Below, one piece after another: positions 1-7,409 of a stretch of DNA of 64,000 nt (positions are counted from its first letter, which is position 1; every line of letters begins with the position of its first letter). The stretch is taken from positions 1 through 64,000 of the IMG/VR virus record IMGVR_UViG_3300011113_000642. One strand, 5' to 3'. The notes under the pieces were generated by a model that saw nothing but the letters and a program-made list of their open reading frames with translations, was not told the origin of the DNA and made no database searches. Position numbers and translations under genes: made by a program. The stretch is from a virus.

Positions 1-166
1 GGGATCTTGGTTATGAGAGAAATTATTAGAGGGGGGGGGGTCATGGGGTCCAAACAGTGATTTGGGTCCCATATAGGATTCCGGTTACCGGACGAGCTAG
101 CTCCCCCAGTCCCTCAAATTTTCTTAAATATTCTCAAAATACCTTTAAATTTCTTAAAATATTTGT

Positions 167-202
167 AAAACACTATATGCCATAAAAAATTTCCGGGCAC
201 CC
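167..202. repeat. Partial third copy of the cassette intergenic repeat
   Basis: aaaacactatatgccataaaaaatttccgggcaccc matches the first half of the copies at 289-359 and 982-1050. Confidence 0.7.
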
Positions 203-288
203 AAGCCCTTTAAAACCCCTCTAAATCGTTCTACGATTGGCTATACGGCGTTCTGTCCGGTGTTTTGGGTTCCGACCCCTTTGTGTAG

Positions 289-359
289 AAAACACCACAT
301 ACCATAAAAAAATTTTGGGCCCCCGAAGGAGCCCAAAACGTTTATTCAAAAAATTTTAA
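289..359. repeat. ~70-bp intergenic direct repeat, copy 1 (contains terminator hairpin)
   Basis: Near-identical to 982-1050 (aaaacac..at..ataaaaaattttgggcccccgaaggagcccaaaa.gtttattcaaaaattttaa). Confidence 0.9.
305..338 (-). terminator. Rho-independent terminator with cUUCGg tetraloop
   Basis: Minus strand reads ttttgggctcc-TTCG-ggggcccaaaa followed by a T-tract, downstream of ORF 367-969. Confidence 0.8.
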
Positions 360-366
360 GTTTTGT

Positions 367-969
367 TTAATCGTATGTTTTTATACCACGCTTTGCTCTG
401 CGTAGTCTTGCTTCGGCAGAAGCTACATCATATTCTTGCTGTGTTGCTGGAGCTGTTTTTTTAATTTTTGCCATCTGTTCTGCTTCTAATTCATCCAAAA
501 CGTAACCAACTGGGTCTCTTACAGCTGATGCGGCATCATAAGCAACATCAAGAGCTTTTATTGTTTTATCTTGCATGGATGGAGACATCCCCGACATTGT
601 ACGTTCGGTTCCTTTGCCTAGGGAATCCATTCTTCTTTCCCAAGCTGGGGTTGATGTTATAGCATCTGCTGCAATGTCTCCTGCCATCATTCCAACGGCA
701 GCTGCACCACCTCTGGCTAAGCCGCTTGCTAAACTTCCTGCCCTTGCTCCAATATTGTTTAATGGATTAATTGCTCCGATACCACCTTTTACTATTTGTG
801 TTTGTGCATTAAAGGGAATTGGCACTGCCCGGTCTTTAAGTATATAATCTGATCTTTTTTGCATTTTTTCGAACGTGGCAGCGGATGCTTCAAGCAATTT
901 AGTAAGATTATTTACTTTTTCTTGAAGTTGTTCTGATAAATTTTTGTAGTAATTTGTTAGGTAGTCCAT
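367..969 (-). CDS. Leader-peptide family protein 1, putative internal/ejected head protein
   Basis: N-terminus MDYLTNYYKNLSEQLQEKVNNLTKLLE is shared with two nearby ORFs; Gly/Ala-rich central segment; TATAAATA lies 5 nt upstream. Confidence 0.7.
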   Translation of the reverse strand: MDYLTNYYKNLSEQLQEKVNNLTKLLEASAATFEKMQKRSDYILKDRAVPIPFNAQTQIVKGGIGAINPLNNIGARAGSLASGLARGGAAAVGMMAGDIAADAITSTPAWERRMDSLGKGTERTMSGMSPSMQDKTIKALDVAYDAASAVRDPVGYVLDELEAEQMAKIKKTAPATQQEYDVASAEARLRRAKRGIKTYD

Positions 970-974
970 AAAAT

Positions 975-982
975 TATTTATA
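975..982 (-). promoter_or_regulatory. T4-type late promoter TATAAATA
   Basis: Exact gp55 consensus, 5 nt before the ATG at 969. Confidence 0.75.
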
Positions 983-1050
983 AAACACTATATGCTATAA
1001 AAAATTTTGGGCCCCCGAAGGAGCCCAAAAAGTTTATTCAAAAATTTTAA
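982..1050. repeat. ~70-bp intergenic direct repeat, copy 2
   Basis: Near-identical to 289-359. Confidence 0.9.
998..1030 (-). terminator. Rho-independent terminator with cUUCGg tetraloop
   Basis: Same hairpin as 305-338, downstream of ORF 1057-1650. Confidence 0.8.
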
Positions 1051-1056
1051 ATTATT

Positions 1057-1650
1057 TTATTGGCCTAGTTGTCTTCTTTTTTGAGATGCTGCAACCTCAG
1101 CTGCACTTGCAGTAGTATCGGGATCTGCGCTATCATGTACATTTGGGTTTAGATCTCTGTACCCAGCCATTCTTTGAGCATAATTTCTTTGACGAAGCTT
1201 TTTGCCTGTTCCTGGAACAGATCCACCTTTTATTGGAATATGATAATCTCGTATCACTAAATCTCCTCTGTTAACTTCCAGTGGTGGTCCTTGGTTATGC
1301 ATTGAAGCATAGATTGGATTATTTTCTACAGTTGGACGACCATCATCACTTACTGTCTCCCAGGCAAGCATTTCAACGTCTGAGTCTGAGCCAATGCCTC
1401 TAATTGTTTCCTGACCAGGAAATACAGAGAATGTTTTTTCTTTTCTGGCTCCCTTACCAAGAGGGTTTCCTTTTTTGGTTGTTTCTCTTCCTGAAATAAG
1501 AGGAACACTTTCATTGGTGTAAGGATCTATATCGGTCGGTCTCATATAAAATGTGCGTCGTTCCCTGTACTCCAATAGTTGTTCTAAATGATTAACTTTT
1601 TCTTGAAGTTGCTCGGATAAATTTTTGTAGTAGTTTGTCAGGTAATTCAT
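1057..1650 (-). CDS. Leader-peptide family protein 2, putative internal head protein
   Basis: N-terminus MNYLTNYYKNLSEQLQEKVNHLEQLLE, followed by unrelated cargo; CTAAATA lies 5 nt upstream. Confidence 0.7.
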   Translation of the reverse strand: MNYLTNYYKNLSEQLQEKVNHLEQLLEYRERRTFYMRPTDIDPYTNESVPLISGRETTKKGNPLGKGARKEKTFSVFPGQETIRGIGSDSDVEMLAWETVSDDGRPTVENNPIYASMHNQGPPLEVNRGDLVIRDYHIPIKGGSVPGTGKKLRQRNYAQRMAGYRDLNPNVHDSADPDTTASAAEVAASQKRRQLGQ

Positions 1651-1663
1651 GAAATTATTTAGT

Positions 1664-2041
1664 TTAACGAAGATTTGGATTATGATATTCTAATTTTTTT
1701 GTTTCTTTATTATAATGTCTAATGTCATGACAAGTCGGACAAAGAAATACACCTTTTTTTAATTCTTCTTTTACTTCTTCGGGAGTAGCACATTCTGTTA
1801 GTTGCTTTGTTCTTCCGCGTCTTCCTGGTCTATTTTTTTCTGTTCCAATTTCAGTATGATGAAATTTTAAAAGTCTTGGATAAGCATTCCAACCACAATC
1901 TGTACAACAGGCCGAATCCCGAATAGAATTCACCAATTTTTTAATTGGTTTTTCTTTTTTAGGTTGTTTGCTTGGTTTAGACACTAAAATAATTACGGAG
2001 TTTTCTTTTATTTCTTCACCAAAAATATTATAGTTCACCAT
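1664..2041 (-). CDS. HNH-like Zn-binding endonuclease
   Basis: CxxC (CTDC)...FHH...EELKKGVFLCPTCHDIRH pattern typical of small phage HNH proteins; TTGACT-N16-TATAAT upstream on the minus strand. Confidence 0.6.
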   Translation of the reverse strand: MVNYNIFGEEIKENSVIILVSKPSKQPKKEKPIKKLVNSIRDSACCTDCGWNAYPRLLKFHHTEIGTEKNRPGRRGRTKQLTECATPEEVKEELKKGVFLCPTCHDIRHYNKETKKLEYHNPNLR

Positions 2042-2112
2042 ATTAGCTGTTTATTATATTATCTATATTTTAAAAGTCAACAGTATGGGCTAAATATAAA
2101 AAAGGAAACAGT

Positions 2113-2277
2113 ATGCTAACAAAAATTAAAAATAGTTTGAAGAAGGTTACTAAGTTGGAATGGGTTGTTTTGGCTATTGCTGTCGTTGCTCTATGGGTTG
2201 GTTTAACTCATACCCACGGTCACAAAGGACAACACAAGGCTGAAAAGGCTTCAGAAGCCGTTGTTGAAACTAAGTAA
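2113..2277 (+). CDS. Small membrane protein, 54 aa (absent from ORF track)
   Basis: MLTKIKNSLKKVTKLEWVVLAIAVVALWVGLTHTHGHKGQHK...; AAGGA SD and CTAAATA upstream; one hydrophobic helix. Confidence 0.65.
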   Translation: MLTKIKNSLKKVTKLEWVVLAIAVVALWVGLTHTHGHKGQHKAEKASEAVVETK

Positions 2278-2291
2278 ATAACACTTTAGCG

Positions 2292-2330
2292 AAAAAAATT
2301 GGGAGCCCTGTTTGGGGCTCCCTTTTTATT
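2292..2330. terminator. Bidirectional terminator
   Basis: gggagccc-tgtttg-gggctccc flanked by A and T tracts, between convergent genes. Confidence 0.75.
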
Positions 2331-2349
2331 TTAATACATAATAATTTTT

Positions 2350-2739
2350 TCAGTAAGTTGCGTTTGAGCTATGTGGTGCAATTTGGGACATTGCTTGTCT
2401 GGTAGCTTTATATACTTCTGGATTTTCTACACCAAGTTGCATTTCAATTTCTTCAATATTTGCTCCAAGTTCTCTAGCTGATTGTGCAGCTTCTTCACCT
2501 TTTGATGCAAATATTCCAGCTTTAGCCGGATTAGTTTTAAGCAATTGTTGGGATCTTAAATTTGCACGACCAGCCAATTCTTGTTTTAATTTTTGTCTTG
2601 CACCTTGGCGGATTGCTTCTTGTTTTAATTTAGTAGGATCTCCAGATTTCATTGCAGCCTTAAGGCCAGCTTCAAGTAAATTTACTTTTTCTTGAAGTTG
2701 CTCGCAGAGATTTTTGTAATAGTTTGTTAGATAATTCAT
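2350..2739 (-). CDS. Leader-peptide family protein 3 (start reassigned to 2739)
   Basis: MNYLTNYYKNLCEQLQEKVNLLE begins at the ATG at 2739, 5 nt after TATAAATA; helical Ala/Gln/Lys-rich cargo. Confidence 0.7.
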   Translation of the reverse strand: MNYLTNYYKNLCEQLQEKVNLLEAGLKAAMKSGDPTKLKQEAIRQGARQKLKQELAGRANLRSQQLLKTNPAKAGIFASKGEEAAQSARELGANIEEIEMQLGVENPEVYKATRQAMSQIAPHSSNATY

Positions 2740-2744
2740 AAAAT

Positions 2745-2756
2745 TATTTATAAATA
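2745..2756. promoter_or_regulatory. Palindromic bidirectional late promoter TATTTATAAATA
   Basis: Gives TATAAATA on both strands, each 5 nt from an ATG (2739 minus, 2762 plus). Confidence 0.75.
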
Positions 2757-2761
2757 TTTGC

Positions 2762-2968
2762 ATGTTTAATAGAAATAATGGTATGTCTTTAGAAGACACT
2801 ATACGGGCTGTTCAAAAAAAATATAAAAATCGCCCAAGTCCCCTCGCCTATATGCAAGAAAATGTTGGATTTGCCCCAACGCAAGTTCCACAGTATATGA
2901 GGCAATCTACAAATTTAAGAGATAATCTTTTAAATGGCTTTATTCCATCTAAAGATACCTTTAGGTAA
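2762..2968 (+). CDS. Hypothetical protein
   Basis: 68-aa ORF directly after a late promoter. Confidence 0.55.
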   Translation: MFNRNNGMSLEDTIRAVQKKYKNRPSPLAYMQENVGFAPTQVPQYMRQSTNLRDNLLNGFIPSKDTFR

Positions 2969-3047
2969 TTGGTTCTTAAAGGTTACTATAGATACTCTTT
3001 TAAGGTTTGTTTAAAGTTACTTTAGATAACCTTAAGTTACCTATAAG
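2949..3047. repeat. Degenerate ~10-11-bp tandem repeats (CTWWAGWTAC-like)
   Basis: ctaaagatac, ctttaggtaa, cttaaaggttac, ctatagatac, ctttaaggtt, ttaaagttac, ctttagataac, cttaagttac, ctataag. Confidence 0.6.
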
Positions 3048-3103
3048 AATTTAATTTTCTGTAAGTATATCACAGTACTTTTGTCGGTCAAATAAATACT
3101 TAT

Positions 3104-3349
3104 ATGATTACTGAAAAGTCTACATTTCAAGAGACTCATTTTATTTTGATTCCTGATAAAAAATTAAACAAAAAAATTATTTCGGAGCTGATTGAAAAAA
3201 TTTTGCAAAAACAAAAAGAACCATTTGCAAAAATTTATGTAACAGTCCACCCAATGTTTTATCAGCCATTAATGGTGGCATTAAAAACTAAAAAAATTGA
3301 TGTAAAGGGATTATTTTCAGATAAAACTTCATTTGTAATTCATTTGTAA
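3104..3349 (+). CDS. Hypothetical protein
   Basis: 81-aa ORF; ATAAATA lies 5 nt upstream. Confidence 0.6.
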   Translation: MITEKSTFQETHFILIPDKKLNKKIISELIEKILQKQKEPFAKIYVTVHPMFYQPLMVALKTKKIDVKGLFSDKTSFVIHL

Positions 3350-3350
3350 C

Positions 3351-3923
3351 ATGGCCAAAGAAAACGAAAAAACTTTCCAAGAACGATTATTCGGAGAACT
3401 TAATGCTCCTGGAAGTTTGTCAAATTCCAAAGAATATCGAGATTATAGAAGTTCGTTAATTCAAAAAGCAACATATGATACATTACAAAAAGAAGATTTA
3501 ATGTATCAAAAATTTATTGCACAAACATATGGTTCATATGATAATTTTTTACAACAAAATAACCTTTTACAAGATATAAATGTTTTTGATCCTACAGTTG
3601 ATTATAATATTGATGTTACAATAATTACCGAGGAAGCTTTTTTTAAAACTGATCATATATCTTCTCAAGAAGTAATTTTAGAAAATTTATCTGGTTTATG
3701 CACGGTTTGGTTTACTAAAAGAAATGGAACTGTAAGAAGATTAAGTTGTACACTAGAACGAAAATATTTACCAACCAAAGATTATAATACAAGATCAAAC
3801 TTTTTTTCACCAATGGCAGGAGACAGAGTTGGTGTTTGGGATGTTAATGAGGGTGGTTGGAAATCTTTTTATATGAGTTCTGTTATTAAATTTGTGCGTG
3901 ACGATACATCTGGTATTGAATAA
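3351..3923 (+). CDS. Protein with C-terminal WYL_2/DUF2693 (SH3-like) domain
   Basis: VWFTKRNGTVRRLSCTL...VGVWDVNEGGWKSF motif common in T4-like phages. Confidence 0.7.
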   Translation: MAKENEKTFQERLFGELNAPGSLSNSKEYRDYRSSLIQKATYDTLQKEDLMYQKFIAQTYGSYDNFLQQNNLLQDINVFDPTVDYNIDVTIITEEAFFKTDHISSQEVILENLSGLCTVWFTKRNGTVRRLSCTLERKYLPTKDYNTRSNFFSPMAGDRVGVWDVNEGGWKSFYMSSVIKFVRDDTSGIE

Positions 3924-3934
3924 ATACTAATGAC

Positions 3935-4111
3935 ATGGAAGGTGATTCAAAAAAGATCAGTCACCTTTACGCCATACTCTTTAGAGAAGCGAAACTTATA
4001 CTTTCAAATTATGAAAAGTATTTACAAGACAAGTTAACATCAAAAGAACTTGCTCAAAAAATGTTAAGTTTGCGTGATGCAATACAACGCATCGAAGAAG
4101 CAAACAAATAA
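3935..4111 (+). CDS. Hypothetical protein, 58 aa (absent from ORF track)
   Basis: MEGDSKKISHLYAILFREAK...EEANK; fills the gap between genes; ATAAATA upstream. Confidence 0.55.
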   Translation: MEGDSKKISHLYAILFREAKLILSNYEKYLQDKLTSKELAQKMLSLRDAIQRIEEANK

Positions 4112-4112
4112 C

Positions 4113-4140
4113 TTGACAATCAGGAATTAAACGCTAAAAT
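4113..4140 (+). promoter_or_regulatory. Sigma70-like promoter
   Basis: TTGACA...TAAAAT, 8 nt before the guaC ATG. Confidence 0.65.
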
Positions 4141-4148
4141 GTATATCC

Positions 4149-5183
4149 ATGATTGTCAATTACGAACCAAAATTTGATTATTGTGATGTTCTTATTGTTC
4201 CTAAAATAAGTGAAGTAAAATCAAGAAAAGATGTTTCATTAGAAGTATCTACCAAGTTTAAATGTGGTAGAGAATGGTCTGGCGTTCCTATTATGGCTGC
4301 AAATATGACCACCATCGGAACACACACCATGGCTTTGGCGCTATCTGAATATAAAATGGTAACTTGCCTCAAAAAGGGCGGAGATTATTATACGCATTTT
4401 GCAACTAGTTATCCTGATAAAGAAAAATACGTTTCTTTAAGTTTAGGATTGGATGCAGAAAGCAAATTGTTTGTTGATGCGGCATCTATAAATGATCCGA
4501 CATTTATATGTTTAGATGTGGCAAATGGTTATATGAAAGAGTTTCATCATTTTACAAAGAAAGTGAGAGATAAATGGCCAACTTCAATTTTGATTGCAGG
4601 GAATGTTGTAACCCCAGAGGGGGTAGAGGCGTTGTCACTAGCTGGCGCAGACCTCGTAAAAGTGGGAATAGGATCGGGATCGATGTGCCTGACGAGGCGA
4701 GTAGCCGGGGTGGGGTATCCCCAACTCTCCGCAGTACTAGAGTGTGCTCCAATAGCCGAAGCATTAGGTATTGGGATCGTCTCTGATGGAGGTATAATCC
4801 ATCCGGGTGATTTTGCAAAAGCATATATCGCAGGATCTGCATTTGTTATGGCAGGTGGAATGTTTTCTGGTCACGATGAATGTGGTGGAGAACTCAAACA
4901 TGGTGAGCATGGTGAAATGAAAATGATCCATTATGGAATGAGCAGCAAAACTGCAAATGAAAAATATAATGGTGGTCTTTCAGATTATCGTGCATCGGAA
5001 GGAAGAACAGTAGAAGTTTCTTACAAAGGACCGGTTAAAAATACAATTCAAGATATTTTTGGTGGATTGCGTTCTGCTTGTTCATATGTTGGTGCTTTTA
5101 ACTTGCCAGAACTCTATTCTCATGGTACACTAATTAAAGTCAATCGCACTATTAACAACATTTTTGAACACAACGAAATATGA
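4149..5183 (+). CDS. guaC: GMP reductase
   Basis: IMPDH/GMPR motifs: DVANGY, AGNVVT, KVGIGSGSMCLTR, SDGG, YGMSS, YRASEGRTV; no CBS domains. Confidence 0.9.
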   Translation: MIVNYEPKFDYCDVLIVPKISEVKSRKDVSLEVSTKFKCGREWSGVPIMAANMTTIGTHTMALALSEYKMVTCLKKGGDYYTHFATSYPDKEKYVSLSLGLDAESKLFVDAASINDPTFICLDVANGYMKEFHHFTKKVRDKWPTSILIAGNVVTPEGVEALSLAGADLVKVGIGSGSMCLTRRVAGVGYPQLSAVLECAPIAEALGIGIVSDGGIIHPGDFAKAYIAGSAFVMAGGMFSGHDECGGELKHGEHGEMKMIHYGMSSKTANEKYNGGLSDYRASEGRTVEVSYKGPVKNTIQDIFGGLRSACSYVGAFNLPELYSHGTLIKVNRTINNIFEHNEI

Positions 5184-5740
5184 ATATTTTTGTACTTGCC
5201 GAAGATGCCGTTGAGTCCGCTCGCATGATGTGTGATAAACACGTTATTAAAATGATATTGGAAAGTTGTCAGTTGCTTTCAACTGCGCACCACGTTCTTG
5301 ATGGTGACGAATTGCTAGTAAATTCTGGCAAACGTAAATATAAAACATATATTTGTACAAAGAAAAATATTTGCAAAGCAACTATGATTAATCATCCGTG
5401 TACAATTTGGACCCGGGAAACAAGAGAAAATTATATTTGGCTTTGGCGACACACCTATGCTTTGTGTGGACAATATACAGAACGTTATGGTAAAGTTCAT
5501 GCATTGCAATATATGCTTGAAAATGAACTATACGATCCTCCGGCTAATATTTCAAAAGGTAAGCTGACTCCATTTGCACAAGCAATGCCGGATCAATACA
5601 AAGATGCCAATGCCGTTGTTGCGTACCGTAAGTATTATATTAACGAGAAGGTGCGTTTTGCAAAATGGAAGAACTCACAGGTCCCAGAGTGGTTTGTGGC
5701 AAAAAACCCAGAGATTGTTGACGAGCCGCTTCCTTTTTAA
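5180..5740 (+). CDS. Pyrimidine-dimer DNA glycosylase-like (DenV-related) protein
   Basis: MNIFVL...CDKHVIKMILESCQLLSTAH...NHPCTIW...QAMPDQYK..AYRKYY pattern. Confidence 0.75.
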   Translation: MNIFVLAEDAVESARMMCDKHVIKMILESCQLLSTAHHVLDGDELLVNSGKRKYKTYICTKKNICKATMINHPCTIWTRETRENYIWLWRHTYALCGQYTERYGKVHALQYMLENELYDPPANISKGKLTPFAQAMPDQYKDANAVVAYRKYYINEKVRFAKWKNSQVPEWFVAKNPEIVDEPLPF

Positions 5741-6266
5741 GGGCGTTTGCTAAAGCATCATATCTTTTATGTATTCCAGTTTTTTGTTTAACTGATTCGT
5801 TATATTCTTTAGACTTAACATATTCATTACCAGCTTCTTCATATTTTCCTTGATTTAATAAAGATATAGCTTTTGGTGATTGTGGTAACATTCCTCTAAA
5901 ATATTCTGAAACTAATTCTCCTTGTAGTTCTGAAGAATATGTTTCTAATTTTGGAACTATTTTTTTTACTTTTGGTACTCTAACACTTACATCACGTTTT
6001 AAAAGTTTGTCAGCCTGTTCTGGTGTAAGTTTTGCTTTACCAGTTAAAACATCCGGGCTAATATTTAATTCAGCAAATATTTTTGGCGATTCTTTTGTAA
6101 CTAGATGGCCGTGGCCTATAGTATCAAATCCTTTGCTGTCTTTATAAACACTTAATATTTTTTCTTCGTTGCCAGCAGACTCGTATTCTTTAATTATTTT
6201 GCAGATACCATTAATATCGCATTGGACTTGATTTTGTTCGTTTAAAAAAAATTTGAATGATTTCAT
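5640..6266 (-). CDS. T4-lysozyme-family muramidase with a capsid-targeting-like N-terminus (start reassigned to 6266)
   Basis: E...YKDSKGFDTIGHGHL gives the E-D-T catalytic pattern; begins MKSFKFFLNE. Confidence 0.75.
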   Translation of the reverse strand: MKSFKFFLNEQNQVQCDINGICKIIKEYESAGNEEKILSVYKDSKGFDTIGHGHLVTKESPKIFAELNISPDVLTGKAKLTPEQADKLLKRDVSVRVPKVKKIVPKLETYSSELQGELVSEYFRGMLPQSPKAISLLNQGKYEEAGNEYVKSKEYNESVKQKTGIHKRYDALANALKKEAARQQSLGFLPQTTLGPVSSSILQNAPSR

Positions 6267-6332
6267 AGTATTGATGCTTGCTATTATTAAAAAAGTGAGT
6301 ATAATGTATTTAACCATTTAAAAGGAATCACA

Positions 6333-6638
6333 ATGAACGTAAAAGTATTTAGACTAAACTCGGGCGAAGAAGTTCTTTCACGATTTGAAGAGCAAACTGA
6401 TACTTGGCTACTAAAAGACCCCGCAATTTTGGTTCCCGTTGGTCAGGGACAGATTGGTTTGATGCCTTGGTTGATGTATACCAAAGCATCAAATGGCATT
6501 TCTATTCCTAAAACATTTGTTGCTTTTACTGTTGAGCCTCTTGATGAACTAAAGTCTCAGTATGATGCTAGCCTCAATAAGGGCCTTGTCACGCCCTCCA
6601 AGACGGTGGAAACGCCGAGACTGAAGCTGACGACGTAA
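6333..6638 (+). CDS. Conserved T4-like phage small protein (Sm-like, xxGEE family)
   Basis: VKVFRLNSGEEVLS...LMPW; AAGGA SD; TTGCTA...TATAAT upstream. Confidence 0.6.
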   Translation: MNVKVFRLNSGEEVLSRFEEQTDTWLLKDPAILVPVGQGQIGLMPWLMYTKASNGISIPKTFVAFTVEPLDELKSQYDASLNKGLVTPSKTVETPRLKLTT

Positions 6639-6639
6639 T

Positions 6640-7014
6640 ATGAATATAGACCATGTGATTGCAAATTATGTTCCTATTGCCAAGCCTCTTTCGATGGCAA
6701 TGGAAAGACAAAAAAAGCATATTTCATTGGTTTTGTATAAGCGTAAAATTGTAGCTGTTGGGCAGAATATATTTAAAACTCACCCACATACTTTTAAATT
6801 GGGTTATCGTTGTGCAGATATGCATTCTGAATTGGATGCTTATCGTAAAATACCCAAGTCTTTGCGTGGTGAAAAACTTATTTTGTTGAATTTTAGATTT
6901 AACAGATTTGGTCAATTTAGAAATTCTAAACCGTGCCCAGTTTGCGAAAAGTGGTGTGGTGAACTATTTCATAAAATATATTACACTAATGATGATGGGG
7001 TTCATATTCTATAA
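6640..7014 (+). CDS. Zn-dependent cytidine/dCMP deaminase-like protein
   Basis: HSE...SKPCPVC deaminase motif. Confidence 0.75.
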   Translation: MNIDHVIANYVPIAKPLSMAMERQKKHISLVLYKRKIVAVGQNIFKTHPHTFKLGYRCADMHSELDAYRKIPKSLRGEKLILLNFRFNRFGQFRNSKPCPVCEKWCGELFHKIYYTNDDGVHIL

Positions 7015-7024
7015 ATAGTTTAAC

Positions 7025-7399
7025 ATGGATATAACTATGAACTGCATTCAAAAATTAATGAATTTTCAAAATGAACTTCGTCTTCACCATTGGGGTACAA
7101 ATTCATATGCTGCTCACAAAGCCATAGGAAAAGCATATGAAGGATTAGATGGTATTTTGGATACCTTTGTAGAAACATATATTGGTGTTTACGGAAAAAA
7201 CAATTTAAAAACTATTAATTCTTTAGAACTTAACGGGCCATTTAAAGTTGGTATTAATACCGTTTTAGATTCACTTGAAGATTATTTAAAAAATGAAATT
7301 ACAAAAGAAATTAAACCAGATCAAACAGCCTTGTTAAATATAAAGGATGAGATGCTTGGTTTGGTTCAACAAACAAAGTATCTCCTCACATTAACGTAA
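7025..7399 (+). CDS. Ferritin/Dps-like four-helix protein
   Basis: HHWGTNSYAAHKA...D.FVETYIG...LLNIKDEM...KYLLTL. Confidence 0.7.
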   Translation: MDITMNCIQKLMNFQNELRLHHWGTNSYAAHKAIGKAYEGLDGILDTFVETYIGVYGKNNLKTINSLELNGPFKVGINTVLDSLEDYLKNEITKEIKPDQTALLNIKDEMLGLVQQTKYLLTLT

Positions 7400-7409
7400 G
7401 GAGTTACAA

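Noticed and set aside
468-847. Plus-strand ORFs 468-662 and 575-847
   Set aside because: Antisense shadows of the leader-peptide gene; no promoter, SD or recognisable motif
289-1050. Possible CRISPR array or integron attC sites
   Set aside because: Only 2-3 copies separated by whole genes; no cas or integrase gene; the hairpin is a UUCG terminator
2740-2799. N-terminal extension of ORF 2350-2799 in the track
   Set aside because: It spans the late promoter and the divergent gene; the shared leader fixes the start at 2739
2949-3047. Possible mini-CRISPR
   Set aside because: Units are ~10 bp, degenerate and have no spacers
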